A DNA stretch of 56,488 nt from Nanobdellota archaeon (lineage in GTDB: Archaea > Nanobdellota > Nanobdellia > Woesearchaeales > GCA-2686295), in contig JAHJQL010000062.1 in the NCBI GenBank assembly GCA_018819065.1, positions 1-56,488 on the forward strand, written 5' to 3'. Below, in pieces: positions 10,102 through 19,448 of this stretch. The first letter of the stretch is position 1. Each line of letters opens with the position of its first letter. The notes below the pieces were generated by a model, which worked only from the letters and a program-made list of their open reading frames with translations, did not search any database and had not been told where the DNA came from. The translations under genes and the position numbers were made by a program.

Positions 10102-11130
10102 TTAGCTGCTCAATGTATGTATCGGTGGTTTAAATGGTTCTCGTTTGTAGTTGTTAACTGTTTTTGTGAACTCTTCTATTTTAGAAAACGCTGCTTGTGA
10201 TCCTTCTTTTTCTTCATATAATTCATAGAGCAAATAAGTTAAGGCTGCTTCTGTAGGTGGACACATTTGTCTGCCGTCAAACTTTATTTTTTGTTCTAAG
10301 CTTATCAGGTTTTTTGAGACTGGCTCTATTCCCAAAACATCTTCTTCTTTGAAGCCTTTTTTTCTTACGCTTTCTTGTTGTATGTTTTCTATTTCTCTGT
10401 AGTTTAGGCTAACTGAAAGTCTAGCCACTAACTCGGGTCGTGAATGTTTTGATCCTGCAAAATTTGTGTCAGCTATTAATGCAATCATATTTAGATTTTC
10501 TGGCTCAAAATAATTGTAGTCAAGTCCTGTTTCTTCCAAGATCTCTTGTAATAATGCTGCTGTTGAGTTTTCCCCCGCTTTTGGTCATCCTCCTGGTGAG
10601 TATAGCATTCCCGGATATACTGGTGTTTCTATTCCTCTTCTTGTCAACGGAATTAATCCGTCTCTTGATTCGAGTAGAACACTAACTCCAACACCTGCAT
10701 ATGGAAGTGGAAGATTCTTATCTTTAAACGCAGCCGCATATTCTGGATTGTAACAAGCTATCCATTCTGTGTAGCTTATCGGATGAACAAAAATATCAAC
10801 TTTCTGTTCTGAAAGATTTAATCCTACAAAAGTTACTGTTTTTCCTGCCCACATCTTCTTTTTTGAGGTTTTTACTTCAAAGAGTGCGTCTTCTTTTGTT
10901 TCTTCATCGAACTTGATTTCATAATTGTTTTTTGAGTTTATTTTTTCTAATGCTTCTTTTCTTTCTTCAAGTTTTGATAACCAAGTTGTTTTTCGAATCT
11001 TTGTTGCATATTCAGGTTCAAGTATTTCTCTTTCTACATAGACGAAGTTTACTTTGCTTGCAGGCATTCCTAAATACTCTATTGTATGCCAAGTATCTGT
11101 TTTTATATTTTTGAAATCTTGTTGCAGCAT
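10102..11130 (-). pseudogene. Nudix hydrolase with N-terminal extra domain, interrupted by a single in-frame TGA inside the Nudix box
   Basis: ORFs 10585..11130 and 10102..10539 are in the same frame. Reading through the TGA at 10585-10587 gives ...YSPGG*PKAGENSTAALLQEILEETGLDY. This is a complete Nudix box (G-x5-E-x7-[R->Q]E-I-x-EE-x-G-L) spanning the break. Confidence 0.7.
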
Positions 11131-11243
11131 GATATTTTAAGACTTGTTTTTGATTTTTAAATATTTCGATTTGGTTACTACTAACAAGTGATTTTAATTT
11201 TTGAATGACAAACTATTAAAACAAAACAAGATAATTTTCCCAC

Positions 11244-12149
11244 ATGAAACACAACATCAGTGTTACAGCAGTAATTATTAGCATATTCTTCCTCACTCAA
11301 ATTTTTGGTTTGTTCTTAGTAAAAGAAAACATTAGTTCAATAGAGCAGGTAAATGGAACAACCACCATCAATTTTGAAGAAACCAGTCTTGGACCAAGAC
11401 CAGATGTTTCTGGAGCAACATCATTCTTGTACATAGTGTTTGCAATTATCATAGGGACTGGTCTGCTGTTGTTGATAATGAAGTTTGGAAAGATGAACTT
11501 GTGGAAGATTTGGTTTTTTCTAGCGATATTCTTCTCTATAAGCATTGCTCTTGGTGTATTGATTGATTATACTCTTGCATTCTTCTTTGCATTCATACTT
11601 GCAGCGCTGAAGATGTTTAAGAAGAATGTGCTAATACACAATTTTACAGAGGTTTTAATGTATTCTGGACTCGCAGTTTTAGTTGTTCCTCTTTTTGACG
11701 TTTTTTGGATTTTCATGCTATTAATAGTAATATCAATTTATGACATGTACGCGGTCTGGAAGAGCAAGCACATGGTGAAAATGGCCAAGTTTCAGACTAA
11801 GAGCAAACTATTTGCAGGACTAATGGTTCCTTATGAAAAGAATAAAGGTCCAAAAATTAGTATGCCTTCAAAGCCAAGCTTAAAACAGACTGGCAAGGTT
11901 AGAAATGCCATACTTGGAGGCGGCGACGTTGCTTTTCCACTAATTTTCTCAGGCGTTGTAATGAAAGCTTTAATACTTGGTGGATTAACTCCTCAAATCG
12001 CTTTTTTCAAGGTCACAATTATTAGTGTGTTTGTAACCTTATCAATTCTTGGATTATTCGTTTTTGCAAAGAAGGATAAGTTTTACCCAGCAATGCCATT
12101 TGTTAGCGCTGGTTGTTTTTTGGGCTACTTATTAGTGTTAGCCATTTGA
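11244..12149 (+). CDS. presenilin/signal-peptide-peptidase-like intramembrane aspartyl protease (A22 family)
   Basis: 301 aa, multi-pass. Motifs appear in canonical order: YD (SIYDMYAV), GxGD (LGGGDVAFP) and PAL-like (YPAMPF). Confidence 0.8.
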   Translation: MKHNISVTAVIISIFFLTQIFGLFLVKENISSIEQVNGTTTINFEETSLGPRPDVSGATSFLYIVFAIIIGTGLLLLIMKFGKMNLWKIWFFLAIFFSISIALGVLIDYTLAFFFAFILAALKMFKKNVLIHNFTEVLMYSGLAVLVVPLFDVFWIFMLLIVISIYDMYAVWKSKHMVKMAKFQTKSKLFAGLMVPYEKNKGPKISMPSKPSLKQTGKVRNAILGGGDVAFPLIFSGVVMKALILGGLTPQIAFFKVTIISVFVTLSILGLFVFAKKDKFYPAMPFVSAGCFLGYLLVLAI

Positions 12150-12692
12150 AGGGTATAGCTTTCTAAACAAGAAGAATACTAAATTTATCAGCAAAAAAAA
12201 CGTTGTGGCTGCAAAAAGAGTGATGACATCCAAAGCCATGCCACTATATATTATAACTAGTAGCAAGTAAGCTATGATGTTGACTGCGAATATGCTTGAA
12301 AATGTGTAAGCGAATAGTTTTGGCCAAAAATGTGTGAAATTCAAGAGAAACATCATCATGCCTATAAATAACATTGATAGAACCAGTATGCTTGCCAAGA
12401 ATTCGTAACTACCTATTTTTATAAAAGAAACCATGTTCTTTTTGCTTAGAAAACGAAACAAATCAATAGATACAAATATCAACACTAAACTATTGGCAGT
12501 TACAGTGTTCCAGCCTTCTTCTTCTCTCTTGTGTTTAGTCCAGTATATCTCCATTAGAATTATGACTCCTATTACTGGTATGAGCATCCAAATCATGTCT
12601 GAGTTCTTAAATGGCTGGGTGAACAACTCAAAGAACCTGTGAAGTATAGGTGTGTGGTTTTGTTGAACATACCCTGCAGTTAATTCAATCAT
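12138..12692 (-). CDS. multi-pass membrane protein, hypothetical
   Basis: 184 aa with several hydrophobic helices and no recognised motif. Its 3' end overlaps the convergent presenilin-like gene by 12 nt. Confidence 0.5.
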   Translation of the reverse strand: MIELTAGYVQQNHTPILHRFFELFTQPFKNSDMIWMLIPVIGVIILMEIYWTKHKREEEGWNTVTANSLVLIFVSIDLFRFLSKKNMVSFIKIGSYEFLASILVLSMLFIGMMMFLLNFTHFWPKLFAYTFSSIFAVNIIAYLLLVIIYSGMALDVITLFAATTFFLLINLVFFLFRKLYPSNG

Positions 12693-12802
12693 AATATTAT
12701 TCTCTTAAAAAGCAGGTATTTAAAGTTTATCAAAAAGAGCGTGATGGTGCAGATAAATATTTAATGCACTAATAAAAAATTTTAAAACAAAGCATTATCT
12801 TG

Positions 12803-13612
12803 TTAAAAAGAGTCCAGTCTTTTTTGATTTATTGACGACGCGTATGATGTTGGGTTGACAGTCATACCGTCTCTTGCAGCAATTACTTGGCTCGGCGTTT
12901 TTTTTTGTATCTCCCTAGCTTCAAAAATGGGGTCGCCGTCTAGCATTTTTATTCCAAAGTGTGTTAGTATCGCTAGTTTTGGCTTTGTTTTCTCTAAAAA
13001 CTTAACAACGTCTTCTGTATTCATATGACCTTTTTCTGACAAGCCAAGAGGATTTTTACAATTGACTATTATAACGTCTGAATCTGCATGATCTTCAACT
13101 AGTTCTTTGCAGTATTCTGTATCTGATGTGTATGAGACTATGAACTTTTCTGTGTAGAACTTAAAACCTATTGATGTTTGTGTGTGCTTAGCGTTTGTTG
13201 CGACGATGTTTACATCGTTTACACCTATCTTCATGCCTGGTTTCATAGTTATGAATCTCTCCACTAATCCTTTGTGGTAGTTTGAGATGACTGGTTTTTC
13301 TGTTTCTGACCCGTGCAAGGTTTCTTCATCACACACTAATATTCCCCTCTTATCTATTCCTGAATAAGTCATCGCGGAGATTACTGAGTTGACATCGGAA
13401 GAATGGTTTAAGTGGTTGTGTGATACTAAAATGGCTGTTATCTCTCTAACATTTACGTCAAACTGCTTCATTCTTACTAACGCGCCTGGACCTGGGTCAA
13501 TCAAAAACACGCTTTCTCCAAACTTAAAGATTATCCCACCAGATGCTCTTAATTGTTTTCCGACAACTATTGAGTCTCCTCCAGTTCCTAGAAAGGTTAT
13601 AGAGCTATTCAT
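12803..13612 (-). CDS. metallo-beta-lactamase-fold hydrolase
   Basis: 269 aa. ITFLGTGG, LIDPGPG and SHNHLNHSSD (HxHxDH-like metal site), with later His/Asp residues. Confidence 0.75.
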   Translation of the reverse strand: MNSSITFLGTGGDSIVVGKQLRASGGIIFKFGESVFLIDPGPGALVRMKQFDVNVREITAILVSHNHLNHSSDVNSVISAMTYSGIDKRGILVCDEETLHGSETEKPVISNYHKGLVERFITMKPGMKIGVNDVNIVATNAKHTQTSIGFKFYTEKFIVSYTSDTEYCKELVEDHADSDVIIVNCKNPLGLSEKGHMNTEDVVKFLEKTKPKLAILTHFGIKMLDGDPIFEAREIQKKTPSQVIAARDGMTVNPTSYASSINQKRLDSF

Positions 13613-13691
13613 TGATTTTCCCCCCCTAAAAAAGTATGTTGTTCAAGATATTAATAAAATTTTCGTTTATTCACCATCATCAAGGGATATC

Positions 13692-13699
13692 TTTAAAAA
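13692..13699 (+). promoter_or_regulatory. TATA-like box for SRP RNA
   Basis: TTTAAAAA about 27 nt upstream of the GCUAGG start of the SRP RNA. Confidence 0.45.
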
Positions 13700-13719
13700 T
13701 CCGGTCGTCTTTTCGTTTA

Positions 13720-13986
13720 TTGCTAGGCTGGGTGGCTCATCCTCACCTGTTACCACAAACGGATGTCGGTGGAGCTGAAGCCTGAGGGGCGGCGTGACAC
13801 AAATTAAAGGTCTTAACTGGACCGTCGACGCCTTGTCCTCTAGGATCGTGATTTTTACGAACTGAGTCAGATCAGGAATGAAGCAGCTCTAAGAATTAAT
13901 CATGGTGCTTAGGGGGTTGCAGGGCTGAGGAAAAGTTAAGGGTGCTTTTAGTTTGCTGTTTTCGTCCACCTTCAGGCACGCACTTT
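13720..13986 (+). ncRNA. ffs: signal recognition particle RNA (archaeal 7S-type)
   Basis: Locally GC-rich island in AT-rich DNA. The 5' Alu-domain string GCUAGGCUGGGUGG...CACCUGUUACC.CAAAC...GCUGAAGCCUGAGGGGCGG matches my recollection of archaeal SRP RNA 5' ends. The helix-8 signature GUCAGAUCAGGAAUGAAGCAGC (GGAA tetraloop) is at about 13866-13887. The 3' CCUUCAGGC can pair with the 5' GCCUGAGG. A T-run at 13984-13990 follows. The ends are approximate. Confidence 0.8.
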
Positions 13987-14006
13987 TTTAAAAATTATAA
14001 GAATAT

Positions 14007-16856
14007 TTATTCTACAATTATCGCAGGTTTTCCTGGCAACGCTTGTTTTGACTTTTCATGTTGAGAACTTTCTGATTTTATCACTTCAATAGTTGCAACT
14101 TTGAATTCTTCTTTTAAGAATTCGGTGGCGTTCTTCAATGCTGTCAATTCCTCTTTTTGTGATGTTACTTCTTTGGGCATTTTCGACTGATCGTTGATTA
14201 GTTTTGGAACTAGACTAGCTATTTCTTTTCCGTATTCTTTTATCATCACTTTTCTTATTATTTCTCCAGCGTTCCTCGTTGTTTCAAGTTCTTTTTTGAT
14301 ATTTTTTATAAGTTCATATTTCCAATCGTCAGCAACTAATAATTGTATTTTCTTTGGTGTATTTAACTTTGCAAGCACAAGAACTTTTTTTATATCATTA
14401 ATTACTGTTTGTATCATATTTTCAGATGTGTTTAGTTCTGGTTTTATCTTTGAGTTTTCATATTCAGGCCATTTCTGTAGTGATATAAAATCTTTTTTTC
14501 CTATTGATTCCCAGGTTTCTTCACATATGTGCGGCGTAAAAGGTGTTAGCATTATTAGTTGTGCTTCTATTGCTTTATTCATGAGTTTCTTGTTTGGATT
14601 GTTGTTGCATCTTCTTAGATACCATCTAATTGTGCTTTGTAAGGAAAAATATATTTGTTGAATCGCCGAGCGAAACATTGTTTCTTCCATTAGTGTAGTT
14701 GCTTCTTTTATGATTTTATTTAATTCTGATTCAAACCAGTAATCTATTGGTTTTGTATCAATTCTTCCTTTATCATAGAATTCGTTGCAGAAGTTAAATA
14801 GACTTCCGAGTTTTCCAACCATTGAATTTGCAAATTCTGTCTCCCAGTTAGGATCATCAACTCCTTCTCCTCCTGAAAGCATTGTTATTCTTGAAACGTC
14901 AGCTGAGAATTTATCAACCATAACTCTTAATGGTATCATGTTTCCAAGACTTTTTGACATCTTTTCTCCGTCTATAACAACCCATCCGTTAACGCCTATT
15001 CCTTTTGGCCATTTATCTTTTGGAAAAATCGCTGCATGGTTGAAAAGAAAGAATGCGAGGTGATTTTGTATTAAGTCTTTTCCTGAATTTCTAAAGTCCA
15101 CGGGGTAGAAATATTCAAAGTTCTTCTTCATCTCTTCTACAACTTCTTTTTTGTCTAGAATTGGATTTTTCCCTTTGCCCAAGAATATGTAGTTGAATAA
15201 TTCATCATTCACTTTATTTGCAGGTATCTTTTTTATCAGGTGAGAGATTGTATAATATGCTAAGTATATGGTGCTGTCTGAGAGGCTTTCAATCACCCAT
15301 TTCTCATCCCAAGGAAGTCTTGTTCCAAGTCCTTCTTCCCTTGTGCAAGCCCATGCATGTAGCCAGTCAATCACGTATTCGAATTGAGATCTTGCTTTTT
15401 CAGGGTATAATCTTAGGTTATCTAGACATTTGTGGGTTATCTTCTTCCATTCAGAGTCTGCGTAGTTGATAAACCACTGGTCAGCAACTATTTTTACTGT
15501 GCTTGGTGTTAGACATCTGCAAACAACCCTTCCTGTCAAGTCATAAAAGAGTTCTATGATATTTGCTTTTAGTAATTCTTTCTTAATTATTTCTTGTGCT
15601 TCAGAAATCTTTACTCCTTCTAAATTCTTTGAAAAACCTTTCTTGTACAAATGCCCAAGTGTTGATTTTGTGAATGTTAACTTGTACAACTCTTTTTTTA
15701 TCTTTTCTAATTTTTCTCTTTCGTGCTGTGATTTGACATGATATTTATCTAAGAAGTGTTGTGCTGAATTTCCGCCAATCTCGGGAGTGTGAAATATCTC
15801 TATTGGTTTTATTGATTTTATCTCTTCAAGATTCAAGTTGTATTTCTGTATTATTCTATCGTTCTTCTGCAAGTCTTGCAAAGCTATTAAGTCATCTGCT
15901 GAGTCTGATGGAACTGAGTGAACCATTCCTGTTCCATAGTTAGAATCTAAAAACGTTGCTGGGAGGACTGGGATTTTTCTTCCTCCAAATGATTCGACTT
16001 TCTGACCTATTAAGTCTATCCCTTTTACGCTGCCAGTTCTTTGTAGGCTAAAATTCTGGTTTTTAAGTTTTTCAATCGTTTCTTCACCAACTATCCATTG
16101 CTCGTTTTTAGTTTTTATTTCCGCATATGATACTTCTGGATTGACATAGACATTGGTTATACCAAAAACAGTATCAGGTCTTAATGTTGCTGTGATTATT
16201 TTCCTACCGTCTTTTAGTGCAAACTTAAACAGGCAGAATTCTTGTGTTGTCTCTCCTTCACCTTCAGATCTTGCATGGTCACCCACCGCTCCGTTGCATT
16301 TAGGACACCAAACTACTGGAAAACTCCCCTTTATGCAGTATCCTTTTTCTTTTAATTTTCTGAATTGCCAGCCTATAAACTTATCATAGTGTGGATTTAG
16401 AGATGTTGTGTAAAACTCTCTTCTCCAATCAATAGAGACGCCCATTGATTTCCAGTCTTTTTTAAATTCTGGAGCAAAAAAATCTAGCCAGTGTTTGGGA
16501 TTTTCAAAAGCTTTGAGTTCGCTATCTTTAAAACCCATATCATGCATTATCTTTACTTGTTTTTGTTCTCTTTCTTTAACCCTTTTTGCAGCGTTCTCTA
16601 TCGGACTGCCTGTCGCATGCCATCCTTGCGGGAATAAAACGTTAAAGCCTTGCAACCGCTTAAATCTTGCCAGTGCTTCAACTCTCATTAAAGTGTATAG
16701 GTGGCCTATGTGTGGATAAGCGTTTATGTATGGATATGGAAAGTTTAGGAAGAATTTCTCTTTTTTCGAAGGATTAACTTCAAATATTTTTTGCAGTTCC
16801 CACTTCTTCTGCCATTTACTAGCGATTTTCTTCAAATCTATTTGTTTACTTTTCAT
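14007..16856 (-). CDS. leuS: leucyl-tRNA synthetase (archaeal/eukaryal type)
   Basis: 949 aa. HIGH (PHIGHLYT) and KMSKS (EKMSKSLGN) motifs, a CP1 editing region and an archaeal-type C-terminal domain. Confidence 0.95.
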   Translation of the reverse strand: MKSKQIDLKKIASKWQKKWELQKIFEVNPSKKEKFFLNFPYPYINAYPHIGHLYTLMRVEALARFKRLQGFNVLFPQGWHATGSPIENAAKRVKEREQKQVKIMHDMGFKDSELKAFENPKHWLDFFAPEFKKDWKSMGVSIDWRREFYTTSLNPHYDKFIGWQFRKLKEKGYCIKGSFPVVWCPKCNGAVGDHARSEGEGETTQEFCLFKFALKDGRKIITATLRPDTVFGITNVYVNPEVSYAEIKTKNEQWIVGEETIEKLKNQNFSLQRTGSVKGIDLIGQKVESFGGRKIPVLPATFLDSNYGTGMVHSVPSDSADDLIALQDLQKNDRIIQKYNLNLEEIKSIKPIEIFHTPEIGGNSAQHFLDKYHVKSQHEREKLEKIKKELYKLTFTKSTLGHLYKKGFSKNLEGVKISEAQEIIKKELLKANIIELFYDLTGRVVCRCLTPSTVKIVADQWFINYADSEWKKITHKCLDNLRLYPEKARSQFEYVIDWLHAWACTREEGLGTRLPWDEKWVIESLSDSTIYLAYYTISHLIKKIPANKVNDELFNYIFLGKGKNPILDKKEVVEEMKKNFEYFYPVDFRNSGKDLIQNHLAFFLFNHAAIFPKDKWPKGIGVNGWVVIDGEKMSKSLGNMIPLRVMVDKFSADVSRITMLSGGEGVDDPNWETEFANSMVGKLGSLFNFCNEFYDKGRIDTKPIDYWFESELNKIIKEATTLMEETMFRSAIQQIYFSLQSTIRWYLRRCNNNPNKKLMNKAIEAQLIMLTPFTPHICEETWESIGKKDFISLQKWPEYENSKIKPELNTSENMIQTVINDIKKVLVLAKLNTPKKIQLLVADDWKYELIKNIKKELETTRNAGEIIRKVMIKEYGKEIASLVPKLINDQSKMPKEVTSQKEELTALKNATEFLKEEFKVATIEVIKSESSQHEKSKQALPGKPAIIVE

Positions 16857-16877
16857 TTAATGGTTAATATTAAATAT

Positions 16878-16887
16878 GATTTAAATA
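16878..16887 (-). promoter_or_regulatory. TATA-like box upstream of leuS
   Basis: The minus strand reads TATTTAAATC, ending about 22 nt upstream of the leuS ATG (16856). This fits a leaderless or short-leader transcript. Confidence 0.4.
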
Positions 16888-16946
16888 CATTACGTTTAAT
16901 GTTAGAATGTGAGAAAAAATTAATGAAAAAAATAAGAAGATGTTTT

Positions 16947-17654
16947 TTAGTTTTCTCTTGGTGATACTGATGCTTTTATAACCTTGGTTGTGCAATCATT
17001 GTTTCCAGGTGCGCCGGATATTCCTGTGTAAACACTCATTGAAAGTGACGCGACGTACGTCTCTTTGCCTTTTCTGTCCTTGTATATTGCAACTTTTAGG
17101 TCTGACTCAGGGTCTATTTCAAGCCTCTGGTGGCCGCCAAACCATTCCAAAAGTCCTTTTAGGTCTCCGCTTATGGTGCCTGCGTTTTCATACTTTATTT
17201 TCTTATTAAACACTACTTGTGGTTCATCTCTTTGTATATCCCAGTTCGCGTCTATTATTGTTTTGTTAATGCAAAACGCGTCTATTTTGATTTCATATCT
17301 GAAGTCGTCATTTTTTCTTGACAGTGTGTCCATTAGCTCTGTAAATTTCATCGTTGTTGATAGCTCTAGTTTTGTACCATATAGAATCTTGTCAAGCAGC
17401 GACGCTCTTGGTATTTTCTCGTAGTTTGTCTGGTTTGAGACAAAGCATGCGTTTGTCTGGAAGTCGAGGCTAAGCCCATCACCAACCTTGTCTGTTTTTT
17501 CAAAAAGGTATGTCACTATGTCGCTGGTTTGGTTAAAATCCTTGCTTTCAGAGCATCTGACTCTCTCTTCTAAAAGCCAGTCTTTGTTATCATCAAGTAT
17601 TTTTTTCTTTAGTTCCTGAGTGTATGGTTGACCGTTTATCTTTGTTTTCTTCAT
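16947..17654 (-). CDS. hypothetical protein
   Basis: 235 aa soluble-looking ORF. AGGTGG Shine-Dalgarno-like element about 5 nt upstream and TTTATAAATAG further upstream. No family recognised. Confidence 0.5.
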   Translation of the reverse strand: MKKTKINGQPYTQELKKKILDDNKDWLLEERVRCSESKDFNQTSDIVTYLFEKTDKVGDGLSLDFQTNACFVSNQTNYEKIPRASLLDKILYGTKLELSTTMKFTELMDTLSRKNDDFRYEIKIDAFCINKTIIDANWDIQRDEPQVVFNKKIKYENAGTISGDLKGLLEWFGGHQRLEIDPESDLKVAIYKDRKGKETYVASLSMSVYTGISGAPGNNDCTTKVIKASVSPREN

Positions 17655-17862
17655 AAAACCACCTATTTTAACTACTCGTAAGTGATTACTATTTATAAAC
17701 TTTTCTAAAGAAATAATTATAAGTGAACTATAAACATAAATAAAAGTAAAAAATCAAAAAAAGAAATTTAGAACTTTTTAAAAATTTAATTTTTAATCAA
17801 ATGTTAGAAATTTAAGAATTAAAATTTCTTGAAAATTAGATTTTTAATCTAATATCAAAAAG

Positions 17863-18060
17863 TTAAAACTTTTTGAATTTTGCAGCTGTGTCTATCAAGT
17901 CAACGTGTCCTAATAATAGTGCTCTGCAGCAGTATCTTTCTAAGCCCATCAAGTCCAAGATTTTTTTTGGATCTTCGTTCTTTTTTAGTTTTTCTTGGAA
18001 GTCTTCCCAGAGGTGTCCTACTGGTTTTCCACAGCTCCAACATCTTATCGGAATAATCAT
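17863..18060 (-). CDS. rpoN: DNA-directed RNA polymerase subunit N (Rpo10/Rpb10)
   Basis: MIIPIRCWSCGKPVGHLWEDF...GLERYCCRALLLGHVDLID. The start is moved to the internal ATG at 18058-18060 (65 aa, canonical length), which removes the overlap with the rps9 coding sequence. Confidence 0.9.
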   Translation of the reverse strand: MIIPIRCWSCGKPVGHLWEDFQEKLKKNEDPKKILDLMGLERYCCRALLLGHVDLIDTAAKFKKF

Positions 18061-18067
18061 TTTTTGT

Positions 18068-18466
18068 TTACCTGTATGATTTTTGAGTTTTTGCTCTTGC
18101 TTGCCCATGACTATTTGGCTTTGAACATTCTTTTCGTCTGACATCTGCAACTAGTAGTTGTCTGTCATAGCCTATGAATAATTCTTTTAATCGTGAGTTG
18201 TGTTTTACCAATACTCGCCCAATTGCTAGTCTTGCAGCGTCTGCTTGGCTTATCACTCCTCCTCCTTTTACACTTACATTTATATCTACCTTATCAGTGT
18301 ATTCTTTTGCTAAAAACAATGGCTCTTGTATCTTGACTCTTGCTAGTTTTGGCTCGTAATTTTCTATGTGGATCTTATTTATCCTCACTATTCCTTTTCC
18401 TGGTTTTAGAGTGGCTCTAGCAATTGCTCTTTTTCTTTTTCCTGAGAAGTGTATTATTTTATTCAT
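18068..18466 (-). CDS. rps9: 30S ribosomal protein S9 (uS9)
   Basis: GKRKRAIARATL... through ...RAKTQKSYR at the C-terminus. The start at the internal ATG 18464-18466 abuts the L13 stop. Confidence 0.9.
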   Translation of the reverse strand: MNKIIHFSGKRKRAIARATLKPGKGIVRINKIHIENYEPKLARVKIQEPLFLAKEYTDKVDINVSVKGGGVISQADAARLAIGRVLVKHNSRLKELFIGYDRQLLVADVRRKECSKPNSHGQARAKTQKSYR

Positions 18467-18879
18467 AATGTTGCACCCATTGATTTGCATATCTCGTTTA
18501 CTGTCAAGTATTTTATGTTTGATAGTTTCTCAATGCTTGCTTCTTTTATAGTCTCTGGTTTTTTATCTTTTAGTTCTTCTGGCACCCCTACATAGCATTT
18601 TATATTTTTAAAAGCTGCTAATCCTCTTGGTTGCTTGTATGGCAACATTCCTCTGATTGTTCTTTTGACAAACTTGTCTGGTTGTCTTGGAAAGTATGGT
18701 CCAACTAATGGTGCTCCAAATTCTCTTTTTCGCCTATACGCTGCCATTAGCTTTTTCTTGTCTCCTGTTATTACTGCTTTTTCAGAGTTGATTATATCTA
18801 TTTGTTCTCCTTGCAGTGCTTTTTTTGCGATGAAGGTGCTCATTCTTCCAATGATTAGGTTTGTAGCGTCTATTATCAT
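18463..18879 (-). CDS. rpl13: 50S ribosomal protein L13 (uL13)
   Basis: 138 aa. IDATNLIIGRMSTFIAKKAL.G..I.I.N and MLPYKQPRG.AAFK.IK.Y.G.P. Confidence 0.9.
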   Translation of the reverse strand: MIIDATNLIIGRMSTFIAKKALQGEQIDIINSEKAVITGDKKKLMAAYRRKREFGAPLVGPYFPRQPDKFVKRTIRGMLPYKQPRGLAAFKNIKCYVGVPEELKDKKPETIKEASIEKLSNIKYLTVNEICKSMGATL

Positions 18880-18922
18880 TTTGAAATCACCATTTCAAAA
18901 TTCAAAAATTTTTGATTTTTGT

Positions 18923-19276
18923 TCATCCTAATATCCTCACTTTTTTTCCTTTTGGATTTCTTTTTAGGAGTTCTTGTATTGATATTGCTTCTCCTTTGGC
19001 TTTAATTTTTTCATATGCAGAGTCTGAGAACACGTATGCTGCCACAACCACTTTTTTTGTGATGTCGCCTGTTCCTAACACTTTTCCAGGGACAACTATT
19101 GTTTCGTCTGGTTTGGCGTATTTATCTATCTTGTACAAGTTAACAATTCTCTTGTTCCTGGTTGGTTTTTCAAGGTCTGTTGCGACTCTCTTCCAAATTT
19201 TTACATTGTTAACTATTGAATTCTTTTTGAGTTCGCTTACCAGTTGTGTTAGTTGTTCGTGTTTCAAAAGCTTCAC
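18923..19276 (-). CDS. rpl18e: 50S ribosomal protein L18e (eL18)
   Basis: 117 aa with a GTG start. IWKRVATDLEKPTRNKRIVNLYKIDKY...VVPGKVLGTG. It sits in the canonical position between rpoD and rpl13. Confidence 0.85.
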   Translation of the reverse strand: MKLLKHEQLTQLVSELKKNSIVNNVKIWKRVATDLEKPTRNKRIVNLYKIDKYAKPDETIVVPGKVLGTGDITKKVVVAAYVFSDSAYEKIKAKGEAISIQELLKRNPKGKKVRILG

Positions 19277-19288
19277 CTTTTTAAAATT

Positions 19289-19417
19289 TTGAAGTTCAAA
19301 AACTTTTTTTAGGTTTTTGATGCTTCATTTCTTGAAGTTCAAAAACTTTTTTTAGGTTTTTGATGCTTCATTTCTTGAAGTTCAAAAACTTTTTTTAGGT
19401 TTTTGATGCTTCAAATT
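19289..19417. repeat. perfect 43-bp tandem direct repeat, 3 copies
   Basis: Unit ttgaagttcaaaaactttttttaggtttttgatgcttcatttc starts at 19289, 19332 and 19375. Each unit contains a caaaaac/gtttttg inverted repeat. On the minus strand each unit contains a 10-codon mini-ORF, ATGAAGCATCAAAAACCTAAAAAAAGTTTTTGA. The array lies between the tRNA-Leu 3' end and the rpl18e start. Confidence 0.9.
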
Positions 19418-19448
19418 TGATTTCTCCGTTTGAGTTTGTAATTGTTAA

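Noticed and set aside
10585-10587. Genome-wide UGA reassignment (code 4/25-like) or selenocysteine as the explanation for the in-frame TGA
   Set aside because: TGA terminates several clearly complete genes in the same window (bud32, carA, 45216, 47620, 48107). No SECIS-like element or Sec machinery is visible, and the site is a variable Nudix-box position rather than a redox Cys/Sec site. This cannot be fully excluded without reads and orthologs.
13389-13778. 129-aa plus-strand ORF
   Set aside because: It is antisense to the well-supported MBL-fold gene and runs into the SRP RNA. It is a shadow ORF.
17655-17862. 208-bp extremely AT-rich spacer with short direct and inverted repeats (atttttaatc twice, gaaattt/aaatttc) as a possible replication origin
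   Set aside because: There are no ORB-like longer repeats and no cdc6/orc1 gene adjacent. The composition fits an operon terminator plus the promoter region for 16947..17654.
19289-19417. Possible mini-CRISPR array
   Set aside because: The three 43-bp units are directly contiguous with no unique spacers between them, and no cas genes are nearby. This is a plain tandem repeat.
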